DNA of 63,755 bases, the filler included, from Chiloscyllium plagiosum (Eukaryota): assembly GCF_004010195.1 (NCBI RefSeq). It is 3 parts of one record of this genome, joined end to end, with 100 filler letters (N's around TTAATTAATTAA, not from the genome) between each part and the next. Parts side by side here need not be neighbours in the genome. Positions count along the whole stretch, not along the records: positions 1 to 21,928 come from NC_057713.1; positions 22,029 to 52,371 come from NC_057713.1; 1 more part is not named here. One strand, written 5' to 3'. Made by a program: the position numbers and the translations under genes. The notes beneath the pieces are model-generated. The model saw only the letters and a program-made list of their open reading frames with translations, made no database searches and was not told the DNA's origin. Shown here in pieces: positions 13,110 through 26,043 of this stretch. The stretch's first letter is position 1; each line of letters begins with the position of its first letter.

Positions 13110-14630
13110 GGAGAAAGTGAGGGCTGCAGATGCTGGAGATTAGAGTCGAGAGCGTGGTGCTGGATAAGCACAGTAGGTCAGGCAGCATCTGAGGAGCAGG
13201 CGAGTCAACGTTTCAGGCAAAAGCCCTTCACCAGGAATGAGGCTGTGAGCCAAGGGGGTGGTGAGATAAATGGGAGGGGGTGGGGCAGGGGGGAAGGTAG
13301 CTGAGATTGCAGTAGGTGGATGAAGGTGGGGCTAATGGTGATAGGTCAGAGGGGAGGGTGGAGTGGATAGGTGGGNNNNNNNNNNNNNNNNNNNNNNNNN
13401 NNNNNNNNNNNNNNNNNNNNNNNNNNNNNNNNNNNNNNNNNNNNNNNNNNNNNNNNNNNNNNNNNNNNNNNNNNNNNNNNNNNNNNNNNNNNNNNNNNNN
13501 NNNNNNNNNNNNNNNNNTCCATCAACAGTGACCAATTCAACACTGACATCTTCGACAAACACACCAACTCCCACAGCTACCTGGACTACAGCTCCTCCCA
13601 CCCTGCCTCTCGTAAAAATGCTAACCCTTATTCCAAGTTCCTCCACCTCTGCTGCATCTGCTCTCAGGAGGAGAATCTCAGGGAGTCCCTCTCCCACTGT
13701 AACTCCCAGGCCATTTTCTCTGCCCGGAAGCTCTTCAACCATGTCCTGAAACAAACTCTCCACCTATCCACTCCACTCCCCCTCCCCCTTGACCTATCAC
13801 CTTCATCCCCTCCCCCACTCACCTATTGTACTCTATGCTACTTTCTCCCCACCCCACCCTCCTCTCATTTATCTCTCCACCCTTCAGGCTCTCTGCCTGT
13901 ATTCCTGATGAAGGGCTTTTGCTTGAAACATCGATTTTACTGCTCCTCGGATGCTGCCTGAACTGCTGTGCTTTTCCAGCACCATTCTAATCTAGACTCT
14001 GGTTTCCAGCATCTGCAGTCATTGTTTTTACACAGAACACACCAGATGGCCTCTTTCTTAAAACACGCAATTTCCCCTCCCACATGGTTGATGATGCCTT
14101 CCAGCACATCTCATCCACTTCCCGCACCTCTACCTTTTGGCCCTACCCCTCCAACCACCCCCTGGTCCTCACCTTCCACCTCATCAACCTCCGCATACAT
14201 ATCATCCTACACCATTTCCGCCACCTACAAATGGACCCCACCAGCAGAGATATATTTCCCTCCCCTTCCTTATCCACTTCCCATAAAGACCATTCCCTCC
14301 GTGACTCCCTCATCAGGTCCTCGCCCCCTCCCAACGAACCCATCCTCCCCTCCTGGCATCTTCCCCTGCCACCGCAGGAATTGCAAAACCTGTAAAACCT
14401 GTGCCCACACTTCCCCGCTCACCTCTGTCCAAGGACCCAAAGGAGCCTTGCACATCCATCAAAGTTTCACCTACACTTCCACATAAGTTATTTACTGTAT
14501 CAGTTGCTCTCGATGCGGTCTTCTCTACACTGGGGAGACAGGACGCCTACTCGCAGCACCACCATCATGACCTGTCCTACCTGAGCATCTTCCTTCTCAC
14601 CTATCTGCTCCACCCTCCTCTCCGACCTAT
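13110..14630 (+). mobile_element. Neptune-type Penelope retroelement remnant with inverted 5' pLTR, a gap and a nested second Penelope copy (13671-14030)
   Basis: RT thumb TDIFDKHTNSHSYLDYSSSHP; Cys linker FPCHRRNCKTC; GIY-YIG VIYCISCSRCGLLYTGETGR at ~14488-14550. Confidence 0.9.
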
Positions 14631-14639
14631 CATCATTGT

Positions 14640-15015
14640 GACTCAACTTTCAAGAGTATATGAACCTGCACTTCAACATCTCTTAGTTCAGCAATACTCC
14701 CCAGAAACTTACCATTATGTTTACCTTTCCAAACTGCAGCACCTCACATTATCTAAATTAAACTCCATCTGCCACTCCTTGGTCCCTTGGCCCATCTGAT
14801 CAAGATCCCATTTACTCTGAGGTAACCTTCTTTGTTGTCCATTCAATCTCCAAATTTAGTGTCATCTGCAAACTTACTAACCATGCCTCCTGTGTTAACA
14901 TCAAAATCATTTATATAAATGATGAAAAGCAGTGGACCCAGCACTGATCATTGTGGCATACCACTGCTCACAGGCCTCCAGACTGAAAAGCAACCCTCCA
15001 CCACCACCCTCTGTA
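14640..15015 (-). mobile_element. HER1/CR1 RT fragment
   Basis: Close paralogue of 4550-4940; its tail start is at ~13065-13108 on the other side of the Penelope. Confidence 0.8.
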
Positions 15016-16609
15016 GTGTCTAAAATGGGATAGGCTTGAAGGAATTTCTTAAAGGAGGAGACAACAAAGGGAGGAAATGGATGATGAAGATCAAGATCTG
15101 TGTGAGCTCCTTGACTACTTACAATTATCTGAAGATGGTGCCTAATTTTGGATCTATTTGTTTTTAGGTCACGTCTTGGAGAGTAGGGAATGTACACATT
15201 CTCACACTTCAGGCATCACAGAATCACAAGAATACAGAATGCGTTAAATGGGCCAATTTATCTTTCTCAGACTCATTTTCATATGTTTGTGTTGCTTTTG
15301 TGAGATATAATCAGCAAAACCTTTTCATGTGAATCATTCAGCCTTGAAGGAGATCATTCCACCTGTTGTACTTGGTGTTGACTCTATGACACATTCTTTG
15401 GTTCTATACAATTTGCTCCATCTTGGATGTATCAAGCATGCCAACGAATTGTTGTTAATGCAGTTGACCATCAATCTCATAAAAATGACACCTGGTAATT
15501 TTGAGCAAGATGTTAAACTGAGATCTTAGCTGCTCTCTCAGGTGGATGTAAAAGAACCTGATGTGGGTTTTGCCTCCAGCAACATATTTTACCTGATACA
15601 GTGATGCTTATTTTATCCCTCATAACTTTAGAAACTAGACATGGTCAACATGGTTTAGAAAGATCCAATATACATTTGTTATAACTCACTAATATATACA
15701 AATACTATTTGCTGTGTACATCAATATTGGGCCTTGTATTAAGCTATTTCATTACAACAGAGCAGCAGGTTGTCATTGGCATGTCATACTTCAAGTGATC
15801 CCAGTAAGATGGGGCCTAAGACCATTATACCCTCAGCTCGCATGCTATGGTACAGTGATGATATCATAAACATGTCTCTTAAAGTTATATTGACATACTG
15901 ACTGTAAGGCATAACATAAAAGATCCTACTTTATTTCACAAAACAGCAGAGGATTTCTTCCAGTGTTCTGGCGATATAAGGTAAAATCTTGTCATTATCA
16001 TCTTTTTTGGGTCTTGCAGGACACAAATTGTTGTCTTTTCTACCTTCCAAGGGTAACTGAACTTCAATTAACTTCTCTTTATTGGCTTCTCTTCGTAAGA
16101 CATTTTAAATGTTCAGTGCTTGTGAGAAGTGATACATGAAATTAATCTTCCTTTCTAACTGTTCCCATGCCCAGAAAAATAAGATTTGCCAGATATTTTG
16201 AAAAACAAACAATTTTCCAATCAGTGCTCACTATAAAGTGCTATTCTCTGAAACATGGCTGACATCTTATTCTTTCGCACTTCTACTGTATTTGATTTCA
16301 AATAGGTGGTTTGGCAAGTTGCAATGATCTCATATTTACTCATCAATTTGGTTTCCTGCTTTGACTCACACTGTGCCAGTCACTGATGTTGGCACAGTGG
16401 TTTTCTTATCTCTGCAATGTAAGCACAGAAGTATAGACATTATGAACAGTTGTAGAGACTGCCAATATTTTAGCTCTGTTATCCATAAGCAACCACCACT
16501 GTTTGATTTATGTACTACCATTTGTACTTTGAAAAGCTATTTAATGTGACTTTCTCTGGCTCCTTCACATCTTCCAAAATGTCAATGATAGGTCTGACAT
16601 GAGCTGGAG

Positions 16610-16838
16610 TCAAGATTAGAGTGGTGCTGGAAAAGTACAGCAGCTCAGGCAGCATCTGAGGAGCAGGAAAATCGACGTTTTGGGCAGAAGCCCTTCGTCA
16701 GGAAAGCCTTTCATTCCTGATGAAGGGCTCCTGACCAAAATGTCAATTTTCCTGCTCCTCGGATGCTGCCTGACCTGCTGTGCTTTTCCAGCACCACTCT
16801 CATCTCGACTCTGATCTCCAGCAGTCCTCACTTTTGCC
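16610..16838. mobile_element. Fold-back Penelope pLTR insertion
   Basis: TSD ctgacatgagctggag 16594-16609 / 16839-16854; hinge ~16706. Confidence 0.9.
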
Positions 16839-16869
16839 CTGACATGAGCTGGAGCCCATGCTGTGCAAA

Positions 16870-16960
16870 GGTGAACTACCTGATGAAGGAACAGCACTCC
16901 AAAAGCTTGTACTTCCAAATAAACCTGTTGGACTATAACCTGGTGTTGTGTGAACTTTAA
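16870..16960 (+). mobile_element. pLTR end of a second Penelope family
   Basis: cctgatgaagg...aataaacctgttggactataacctggtgttgtgtga, reverse complement of 33820-33900. Confidence 0.8.
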
Positions 16961-17099
16961 CTGTGTAAAGAAAGAGGATCCTACAAAATTGGGCAAGGTT
17001 AGCACATGAATGGATGATTAACACCTAACAGGAAATCCTTTTTGGTATCAAAAATGTTCATAGAATAATATAGAACATGAGGTGCAGAAATGTCTTTCA

Positions 17100-18547
17100 G
17101 AAGGCTTTTGGCAAAGTCCCGCTGAAATCTCATATAAAAATGAAAAGTTTGGGATTAGAGATAATGTTTTGAGATTTATAGGAAACTGGTTGGCATGGAG
17201 TAAACAAAGTGTAGAAATAAATAGGTCTTATCCCAAATGGCAGGCAGCAATTAGTGGAGTACTGCAGGGATTAGTGCTATGACCTTGGCTATTACGAACA
17301 TTTCTTAATGATTTAGGTGAGGGAACTCAATGTAATATCTCCAAATTTGCCGATGACACAAAGCTGGTGAGGATGGTGAGCGAGGATACAGAGATGCTTC
17401 AGTGTGATTTGAACAAGCTGAGTGAGTGGACAAATACATGATAGATGCAATACAATGTGGATAAAGGTGATGTTATGCATTTTGGTAACAAAAATAGGAA
17501 GGTAGATTCTTATCTGAATGGTTATAAATTGAGAGAAGAGAAATGTGCAACAAGACTTTAGTGTCCTTACAGAATGTAAACATGTAGATGCAGCAGGCGG
17601 TGAAGAAGGCAAATGATATTTCAGCATTCATAACAAGGTTATGATGCCTTGCTACAATCATACAGGGCCTTCTTGAGACCACATTGGAATAATGTGTGTT
17701 GTTTTGGTTTCTTTACCTGAGGAAGGAAGTTCTTGCTATAGAGGGAGTGCAGCAAAGTTTTACCAGACTGATTCCTCAGTTGGCAGGACTGATGCATGAA
17801 GAGGATGGCACAGTGGCTCAGTGGTTAGTACTGCTGCCTCACAGTACCAGGGACCCAGCTTTCATTTCACCCTCGGGTGACTGTGTGGAGTTGGCAACTT
17901 CTCTCTGTATCTGCGTGGGTTTCCTCCGGTTGCTCTGGTTTCCTCTCATAGTCCAAAGAAGTGCAGGTTAGGTGGAATGGCCACGTTAAATTTCCCAAAG
18001 TGTCCGGGGATGTGGAGGCTAGATGGACTATCCATGGGAAATGCAGGAATACAGTGATAAGGTAGGGGAGGGTGCTGATGATTGTGGGAGGGATGCTCTT
18101 TGGAGGATCAATGTGGACTTGATGGGATGAATGGACTGCTTCCACACTGTAGGGATTCTATAATTCTAAGAGAGATTGAATCAGTTGGAATTATATCTGC
18201 TGGAGTTCAGAAGAAAGAAGTGATCTCATAGAAATTTATAACATTCTGATAGGACTACATGGGATAGATGCAGGAAGGATGTTCCCAATGGACGGGGAGC
18301 CCTGAGCCAGAAGAGAACTTTCTTCAGCCAAAGAGTGGGGACCCTGTGGAATTTACTACCAAGAAAGCACTGTATGACCTCAAGAAGGAGTTGGATTCAG
18401 CACTTGGGGCTATAGGGATCAAAGGATATGGGGGGAAATTAGGAATAGGGTTTGGAGTTGAATGACTGATCATGTTTATATTGAATAGCAAATCAGGCTC
18501 AAAGGGCTGAATGGCCTACTTTAGCTACTATTTTCTATGTTTCTATC
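17100..18547 (+). mobile_element. Older CR1 LINE 3' part with HE1 SINE inserted
   Basis: SGVLQGLVL motif, ISKFADDTKL at ~17335-17366, 3' aagggctgaatggcctac and ttctatg tail. Confidence 0.85.
17806..18165 (+). mobile_element. HE1 SINE
   Basis: ggcacagtggctcagtggttagtactgctgcctcacag head and core. Confidence 0.88.
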
Positions 18548-19805
18548 TCATGGCTATATTGAAGGACCAATCTAGAGACATAAGTTCAAATTGTACCATG
18601 ACTTTCAAATTTTAAATTAAAAACAGCAACGTGATTGTAAATCTGTGCAGTAATATTAAGATGGTGGTAGAGTAGCAGCACTGTGCTTGAGCTCCTGAGC
18701 TCATTCACTTCCCTCTGCATGTACCAGGATCCAGTGAGGGATCTGGGGATCTGAGGCAGCAAGCTGGCTCTCCTCAAGCATGATCAGGGACCCAGCGACC
18801 TGTGCTTGCTACCATTTTCTCAAGAACAATTAGACATGGGAAATAGCTGCTAGGTTTGCCAGTGATGTGCACTTGGGTGAACAAGGCAAAAAGATGATAT
18901 TCAACCCTTTAAACCTGCATTAGCTCTTTTGAAGACCAATCCAGTTAGTCCCACCCTGCTTCTCTCAATAATGCTGCAAGTTTACACGTTCAATATATTT
19001 GAAAGGCATTGTCAAATTCCAAGCAAACAAGCTAATTCCCAACAAAAAAAGGTTTCCTTGTTTTGCAGTCATATCTGGAATGCGTTGTCGGAAAGTGATC
19101 AGGTTTCACAGTGACATTCTAAAGGGAATTAATATTTGAAAGGGGGAAAAGTAAATGACAGGGCTATGAGAGCAATGCAGGTGAATGGGTTAAATTAGGA
19201 TAACTCTATCAATAAATTGGCACAGGCGCAATTGGCTGAAAGGCCTCATTTTATGTTATATTAATCTATGACATTCTTTACCAACTATGTGAAGTTATCC
19301 CCAGCAGAACCTACCTTCAGCACTGATGATTTGCTTTAATATATTTCCCTTCACACATAAATGGGAGCCAGGGATCTTCTTTGAAACAATAAAATCCAAT
19401 TCTCCTTCGTTTCTGTGACAGCTATAATAATGATCCGATGTTCTTATGTTAATTTGCTTTTCTTTTAAATTTATGAGCCTTTTTTACATCCGATCTTACA
19501 AGTAAACTGCAGTAATAGTTTAATGTGGGTCAAGGAGGAAGGTGGGGGATTAACTGAATTGCTTGGAGATTTAGGTGTGTGTGTGTGTGTGTCACTGACT
19601 GATGCTCCCTGGATACCAAGGCTGGTGTTGTCCAGGTGGCCATTCTCAGATTTTGTTCCAATGTCTCTTTACAGTCGATAAGCAGGATCTGTCAATCCCA
19701 GCACCCTTCTGAATGTGTGTGACCAGGGAGGCCTGGAGAACATCAATCCCGGCAGCACGCCTTCCTCTTCACACCTCATTTCCTTAGACCCTCCAGCTTC
19801 AGTGA

Positions 19806-19819
19806 AGGTCAATAGGTCA
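19806..19819 (+). promoter_or_regulatory. Perfect DR2 nuclear-receptor element (RARE-like)
   Basis: AGGTCA-at-AGGTCA in non-repeat sequence; function not demonstrated. Confidence 0.45.
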
Positions 19820-20534
19820 CTCTATTATTACCAATACTGTCAACCTCACTGCTAAGACAAACTCCCCATGAATTACTTTTTATCTTGCACTATGTCATTT
19901 TAAAAGAAATGATTTTTGAAAGGAAATCACCATTTTTTTGGTTCGTGTCCAGCATCTTCCATCACATCCTCTCATTTATTATGTACAATGAATTTCTTCT
20001 TGATCTTTGTGATTGATGTTTAGTAATTTGTGAATCAGTTTTGACACAGTGGAAAGGACTAGCAGTTAACAGGTTGTGGCTTCCAGACTTGAACACAAAA
20101 TCTCGGATCGCTTCAGTGTCGAAGTCAGGAAGTGTTGTTGGTGTGACATTTTTATTGAAATATTAAATTGAGGTCTGCCCAGCATTGGACAAGATGGGCC
20201 AAAAGGACTTCCTCTGTAACCATTGCCTGATTCTATGCTACCCTGAATCGAGCAGGGGAGTTCTTGACCAGTAACAAGTTGCAAGAAAGGAGGAAATGTT
20301 AGAAACACTCAGCAGCTCATGCAGCATCTGTGGAGAGAGAAACAGGCCAGAATTTAACGCCCCCTCCTCTGTGACATGTTTTTGTGGTGAGGGTCCTTTA
20401 ATTAGGTGGAAAGATCACAAGTGGGAACCCTACAGAGGTCCCTGATCACATTTATAGCAGGAAAGCTCAAACACAGCCTTCCTGTATACATCAGTTAAGG
20501 CCCTTGACCGAGCAATTGGTTACTACTTGAAGTT

Positions 20535-20737
20535 GAAAATGTGTTGCTGGAAAAGCGCAGCAGGTCAGGCAGCATCCAAGGAACAGGAGAATCGACGTTT
20601 CGGGCATAAGCCCTTCTTCAGGACTTATGCCCGAAACGTCGATTCTCCTGTTCCTTGGATGCTGCCTGACCTGCTGCGCTTTTCCAGCAACACATTTTCA
20701 GCTCTGATTTCCAGCATCTGCAGTCCTCATTATCTCC
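20535..20737. mobile_element. Fold-back Penelope pLTR insertion
   Basis: TSD tactacttgaagtt 20521-20534 / 20738-20751; hinge ~20623. Confidence 0.92.
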
Positions 20738-21409
20738 TACTACTTGAAGTTCTCAACTAACCACTGATGCAGTAAGTAAGGGGCTCTCCATATCAGAAGT
20801 GACATCTAACTTGTCAGGCCTACCCTAACAAAGGAAAGATCCTTGTCACCTCCATAACATTAGTTAACATTACAGGTGAATGATTTTATACCATGTCAAT
20901 AAACTAGGTGATTCAGTCATTACCACAATCTGTGACCTTGCAAATGGGAAGACTGGAATGTTTCCTATGTTACAGTAGCACTACTTTTAAAAAGGACTTC
21001 ATTATCTGAATAGTGCTTTATGGGTTGCTAACTGCGATCAGTATATCTGTGAATATTTCATCACTTGACTTGCCCTCACCTTCCAGTCATTTCTCAGCCA
21101 ACACAACTTCTTGTGCCATGCTGCCTTCCTATGCCAACCAGAAAGCAAAAAGACTTTTCACCCAATTGGGTGATGCTTGATTGTCTCCTTTCCCGTTTTC
21201 AATAATTTATATCTGGTAAGCTGAAACCTTCAAAGAAGATATCAAAAATAAATTCTATTTAATACTTGCCTAGTTTTTCTCAATGCTTTTAGACAGTGTC
21301 CTGGAAATCGATCTACAATTCCTAGAGAATCCAGAGCAATCCTGGAGGATTGGCAACCCTCATGCTTTAGGGCATCCTGAGATAAGCATCTGGGATTTTG
21401 GATTTATAT

Positions 21410-22775
21410 TCTGGATTAGTGGCGCTGGAAGAACACAGCAGTTCAGGCAGCATCCAAGGAGCAGTGAAATCGACGTTTCGGGCAAAAGCCCTTCATTAGG
21501 AATAAAGGCAGTGAGCCTGAAGCGTGGAGAGATAAGCTAGAGGAGGGTGGGGGTGGGGAGAAAGTAGCATAGAGTACAATGGGTGAGTGGGGGAGGGGAT
21601 GAAGGTGATAGGTCAGGGAGGAGAGGGTGGAGTGGATAGGTGGAAAAGGAGATAGGCAGGTAGGACAAGTCCGGACAAGTCATGGGGACAGTGCTGAGTT
21701 GGAAGTTTGGAACTAAGGTGAGGTGGGGAAGGGGAAATGAGGAAACTGTTGAAGTCCACATTGATGCCCTGGGGTTGAAGTGTTCCGAGGCGGAAGATGA
21801 GGCGTTCTTCCTCCAGGCGTCTGGTGGTGAGGGAGCGGCGGTGAAGGAGGCCCAGGACCTCCATGTCCTCGGCAGAATGGAAGGGGGAGTTGAAATGTTG
21901 GACCACAGGGCGGTTTGGTTGATTGGTGNNNNNNNNNNNNNNNNNNNNNNNNNNNNNNNNNNNNNNNNNNNNTTAATTAATTAANNNNNNNNNNNNNNNN
22001 NNNNNNNNNNNNNNNNNNNNNNNNNNNNGGGCAGAGGAAATGACCTGGGAGTTGCAGTGGGAGAGGGACTCCCTGAGATTCTTGTAGAGAGAGGAGGAAA
22101 ACTTCTTCAAGGCAGGCTTCAATGACTTGTATCCATTGCTCCTGATGCGGTCTCCTCTACATTGGGGAGACTGGGCGCCTCCTAGCAGAGCGCTTTAGGG
22201 AACATCTCCGGGATACCCGCACCAATCAACCACACCGACCCTTGGCCCAACATTTCAACTCCCCCTCCCACTCTGCCGAGGACGTGGAGGTCCTGGGCCT
22301 CCTTCACCGCCGTTCCCTCACCACCAGATGCCTGGAGGAAGAACGCCTCATCTTCCGCCTTGGAACACTTCAACCCCAGGGCATCATTGTGGACTTCAAC
22401 AGTTTCCTCATTTCTGCTTCCCCCACCTCACCCTAGTTCCAAACTTCCAGCTCAGCACTGTCCCCATGACTTGTCCGGACTTGTCCTACCTGCCTATCTC
22501 CTTTTCCACCTATCCACTCCACCCTCTCCTCTCTGACCTATCACCTTCATCCCCTCCTCCACTCACTTATTGTACTCTATGCTACTTTCTCCCCACCTCC
22601 ACCCTCCTCTACCTTATCTCTCCACGCTTCAGGCTCTCTGCCTTTATTTCTGATGAAGGGCTTTTGCTCTAAAAGTTGATTTCGCTGTTCCTTGGATGCT
22701 GCCTGAACTGCTGTGCTCTTCCAACACCACTAATCCAGAATCTGGTTTCCAGCATCTGCAGTCATTGTTTTTACC
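21410..22775. mobile_element. Long inverted Penelope (Neptune-type) insertion spanning an assembly gap
   Basis: GIY-YIG C-terminus on both arms (LYIGETGRLLAERFREHL at ~22156 +; EERLIFRLGTLQPQG in ORFs 21613-21906 - and 22242-22436 +); TSD ttttggatttatat 21396-21409 / 22776-22789. Confidence 0.92.
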
Positions 22776-23416
22776 TTTTGGATTTATATGCCTTAGGTCT
22801 TTTCTTAGAATGTCAATGCAACTTTCCCAAGAGAATCCAAGCTAATAGAAACCATTTAATGTGTTTAGCTTCAGTAGGTTGTGCCTCTGTGCTAGATAAT
22901 TGTGCACATAGTAATTATGCTACACATATGTACATAATGTAAACGGTGCTTATACGGGCCCCACAGGGAGGCTATGAGTCTCCCCTGCTCTGAAATGTCC
23001 CATTTCTTTTTTGACAGGACCCTCCTGAAACCACCTTCATACAAACCAAATGCGCATCTTCAATGGTTGAGCATGCTTTAAGTTTTTTTTAACATTAATT
23101 GCTGCAAACGTCTTTTATTAGGTCATAAAATCATAACTTAATTTGTAATTTTTATTATGTTTATGCTTCAGTCAATCTCACAAAGTGCAGTAATTACTGA
23201 TTTGTAAGGTTTATTACAACTGTCAAACTCATAATGCAACCCAGACCATTTGCATTATTAGTCTATATAAATGCATTTTGCATTGGATATATCTGTAGGC
23301 ATGTTATCTCTGTGGTTTATTCTTTTAAAGAACACAAGGGGCAAAATGAAGGCCATTCAGCCTGTTCCTCTATTTAATTATATCATGGTGGCTTGCATTT
23401 TGGCTACTACTACCTG

Positions 23417-23695
23417 ATTAGATTAGATTCCCTACAGTTTTCAGATTAGATTCCCTACAATGTGGAAACAGGCCCTTTGGCCCAACAAGTCCACACCGAT
23501 CCTCCAAAGATCAACCAACCCTGACTAATGCACCTAAGACTACGGGCAATATAGCATGGCCAATTCCCCTGGCCTGCATATCTTTGGACTGTGGGAGGAA
23601 ACCGGAGCACAGACAGTTGCCCGAGGCGGGAATTGAACCGGGTCCCTGGCGCTGTGAGGCAGCAGTGCTAATCACTGAGCCACTGTGCTGCCCAA
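23417..23695 (-). mobile_element. HE1 SINE, internally deleted
   Basis: (ttaga)n tail and tRNA head on the minus strand. Confidence 0.85.
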
Positions 23696-24404
23696 CTATA
23701 TCCCTAAATACCCTTAGCTAACTTAAATCAATCAATATCATTTCTACAATTTCAATTGATCTTTCTCTTTGGGGGCTTGTTTCTATTAACTATTGTGAGA
23801 TGAACCACTTCCTTATATCTCCACTGATTAGCGTAGATCTGAATTTAAGGTTACATTTCTTTCTCCTGGAAACCCCACAAAAAATTAGTTCCTCATGTTG
23901 CAATCGACCTCTTGACCACAGTCTCCAATTTGTCAATGATTCTGGATGAGATAACCCGAAATGATTACGATTCTAGGTGTGGAGGGATCTACTGGCTCGC
24001 CACCTTTTTCTCAACCCACACCCTTTTCTTGAGTTAAAGAAAGAGTGACCTTATTAGCTACTTACAGGCAAGTAAAGATAATATAACTCAACACACCTAC
24101 ACTGTTTAAAAAGGAGAGGTGAGACCGCAAAGTTAAAGTTAAAAAAAAACCAAATCAGTCTTTGGCTTGTCCATGACAAATAGAATGTGAAATGTTATAG
24201 TCATAAGGTGGGCGATGCCAGTAATGCTGACATTGGCAGTAAGTACTTGTTTGGAGATGCCTGGTTCAGTGGTGAGCTGAAAGGAATTTGTCCAGTTTCC
24301 TTCAGGAGTGGCTTTTCTGCCTTGACCTCTTTTCAGTAATCAGAGTTATCTCTTTTTGCCTACATATGCAGAGTTAAGTGGAGGTCTCAGCTATAGTGCT
24401 TTAT

Positions 24405-24500
24405 AGGTAAAAACAATGACTGCAGATGCTGGAAACCAGATTCTGGATTAGTGGTGCTGGAAGAGCACAGCAATTCAGGCAGCATCCGAGGACAGGCAAA
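24405..24500 (-). mobile_element. Short 5'-truncated Penelope pLTR
   Basis: TSD atagtgctttatag 24393-24406 / 24501-24514. Confidence 0.85.
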
Positions 24501-24686
24501 ATAGTGCTTTATAGCATATCTAGCACAGTGGAATGTGAACAACAAATTAACATACCGAGAGATCTGGACTTGCAGTGGATTTCAATTCCTTTTCTTGTGT
24601 GTTCCTGGGTGAGTAAAACATAAGGATGTCTTTCACTCATATTTAACTAATATCACAGTCTGAGACACAATGCACAGCATAGTAAT

Positions 24687-24907
24687 TGTAATGAGCTCTG
24701 CCAGATGGACCTTGTGGAATAGGAATTCCCTGATTGGGGCTGTTATCTTGGTCCAATCAGGGAGCCCTGACTGACAGAGATAAACATCAGTGTCAGAGGT
24801 TCTATTGACTCTGAGAGCTGGCTGTAAGGAAGCTGAACCAATGTCTATGTACGTGTAAATGAAGGGTGACTTGGTGATGGGATACCAGTCTCTGTGGTAT
24901 TACTTCA
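24687..24907 (+). mobile_element. Short solo LTR (~220 bp), uninterrupted paralogue of the LTR at 58044-61620
   Basis: TG...CA ends, two CCAAT boxes (ctgattgg, ccaatcag), TATA-like gagataaa at ~24777, degenerate polyA signal; colinear with reverse complement of the split LTR. Confidence 0.7.
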
Positions 24908-25687
24908 CACAGGATATCACAACTGAGTTCTTTGAATGGCATCTGTCCATTGGAAGTCTTGATTTCTGAAGTTCTCTTGACAGTCTTAAGATGCAACATT
25001 CCATGATTCCTCTCTGGATTCTATAATCCACACAATGATTTTAAGCAGCCACTAAATTTACATTCTGATTCAAGTTTTGACTTGTACATCCTTCTTTTAA
25101 AGCATCATATGCTGTACTTAAAATATCAATGTATCAGTAAGTAATTTAGGGTTGTAATCCATCTTTATGACACTACCTGCCCTTTCAAATATTTTAAGTA
25201 TATAATCACCTCAATAAGATTGCCCTTGGTATCCTATACATGTGGAAACTCAAAGCTTGTCTGAACAACTCATGCTTGGAATTTCACCCACACTAACGTT
25301 GGTGCAGGTACGGTTTTGTTAAATTTGCGCTTCACCCTCTCTGAGACCAATATACCCTTTCTGAGGTGTTCTGTGTGGCACTCAACAAATTATATGCAAT
25401 CTAAACAGATCTCAGTACAGATCTGGCTGAATGGCTGTTCCAGTGTTGTATTTTCTATGTAGTTCTATAGGTAACATATATCTTTTTGTCTTCTTGCACC
25501 TTTGAGATGAAGGCAAAGATTCCATTAGCCTACATGACTTTTTTTCAACCTGTCATCTATTTCTGGTAATTGTTCTAGACAGACTTCAGATCTCTGTACC
25601 TCCACAGCTCCTAGCTTCTTTTAATTGAGAAAATTTATTATTTCTTGGATCCAAACTAGCTGACATCACACTCATATAGAAACATAC

Positions 25688-26043
25688 AGAATCCCTACAG
25701 TGTGGAAACAGATTATTTGGCCCAACAAGTCCACACCAACTGTCCAAACAGCATCACACCCAGACTCAACAACCCACCACCACCACCACATCCCTGTAAC
25801 CCTGCATTTCCCATGGCTAATCCCATCTAATTTACACATCCCTGGACACTATGGGCTATTTAACATGGCAAATCCACCTAACCTGCACAACTTTGGACTG
25901 TGGGAGGAAACCAGAGCACTCGAAGGAAACACACACAGACACAGGGAGAATGTGCATAGTCAACACAAATAATTGCCCGAAGTTGGAATTGAACCTGAGT
26001 CCTTGGCGCTCTGAGGTAGCAGCGCTAACCACCGAGCCACCCT
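25688..26043 (-). mobile_element. HE1 SINE
   Basis: Core ctttggactgtgggaggaaacc and tRNA head on the minus strand. Confidence 0.85.

Noticed and set aside
21973..21984. TTAATTAATTAA palindrome between N runs (also 52416-52427)
   Set aside because: Identical 12-mer centred in two gaps with stops in all six frames: scaffolding filler, not biology.
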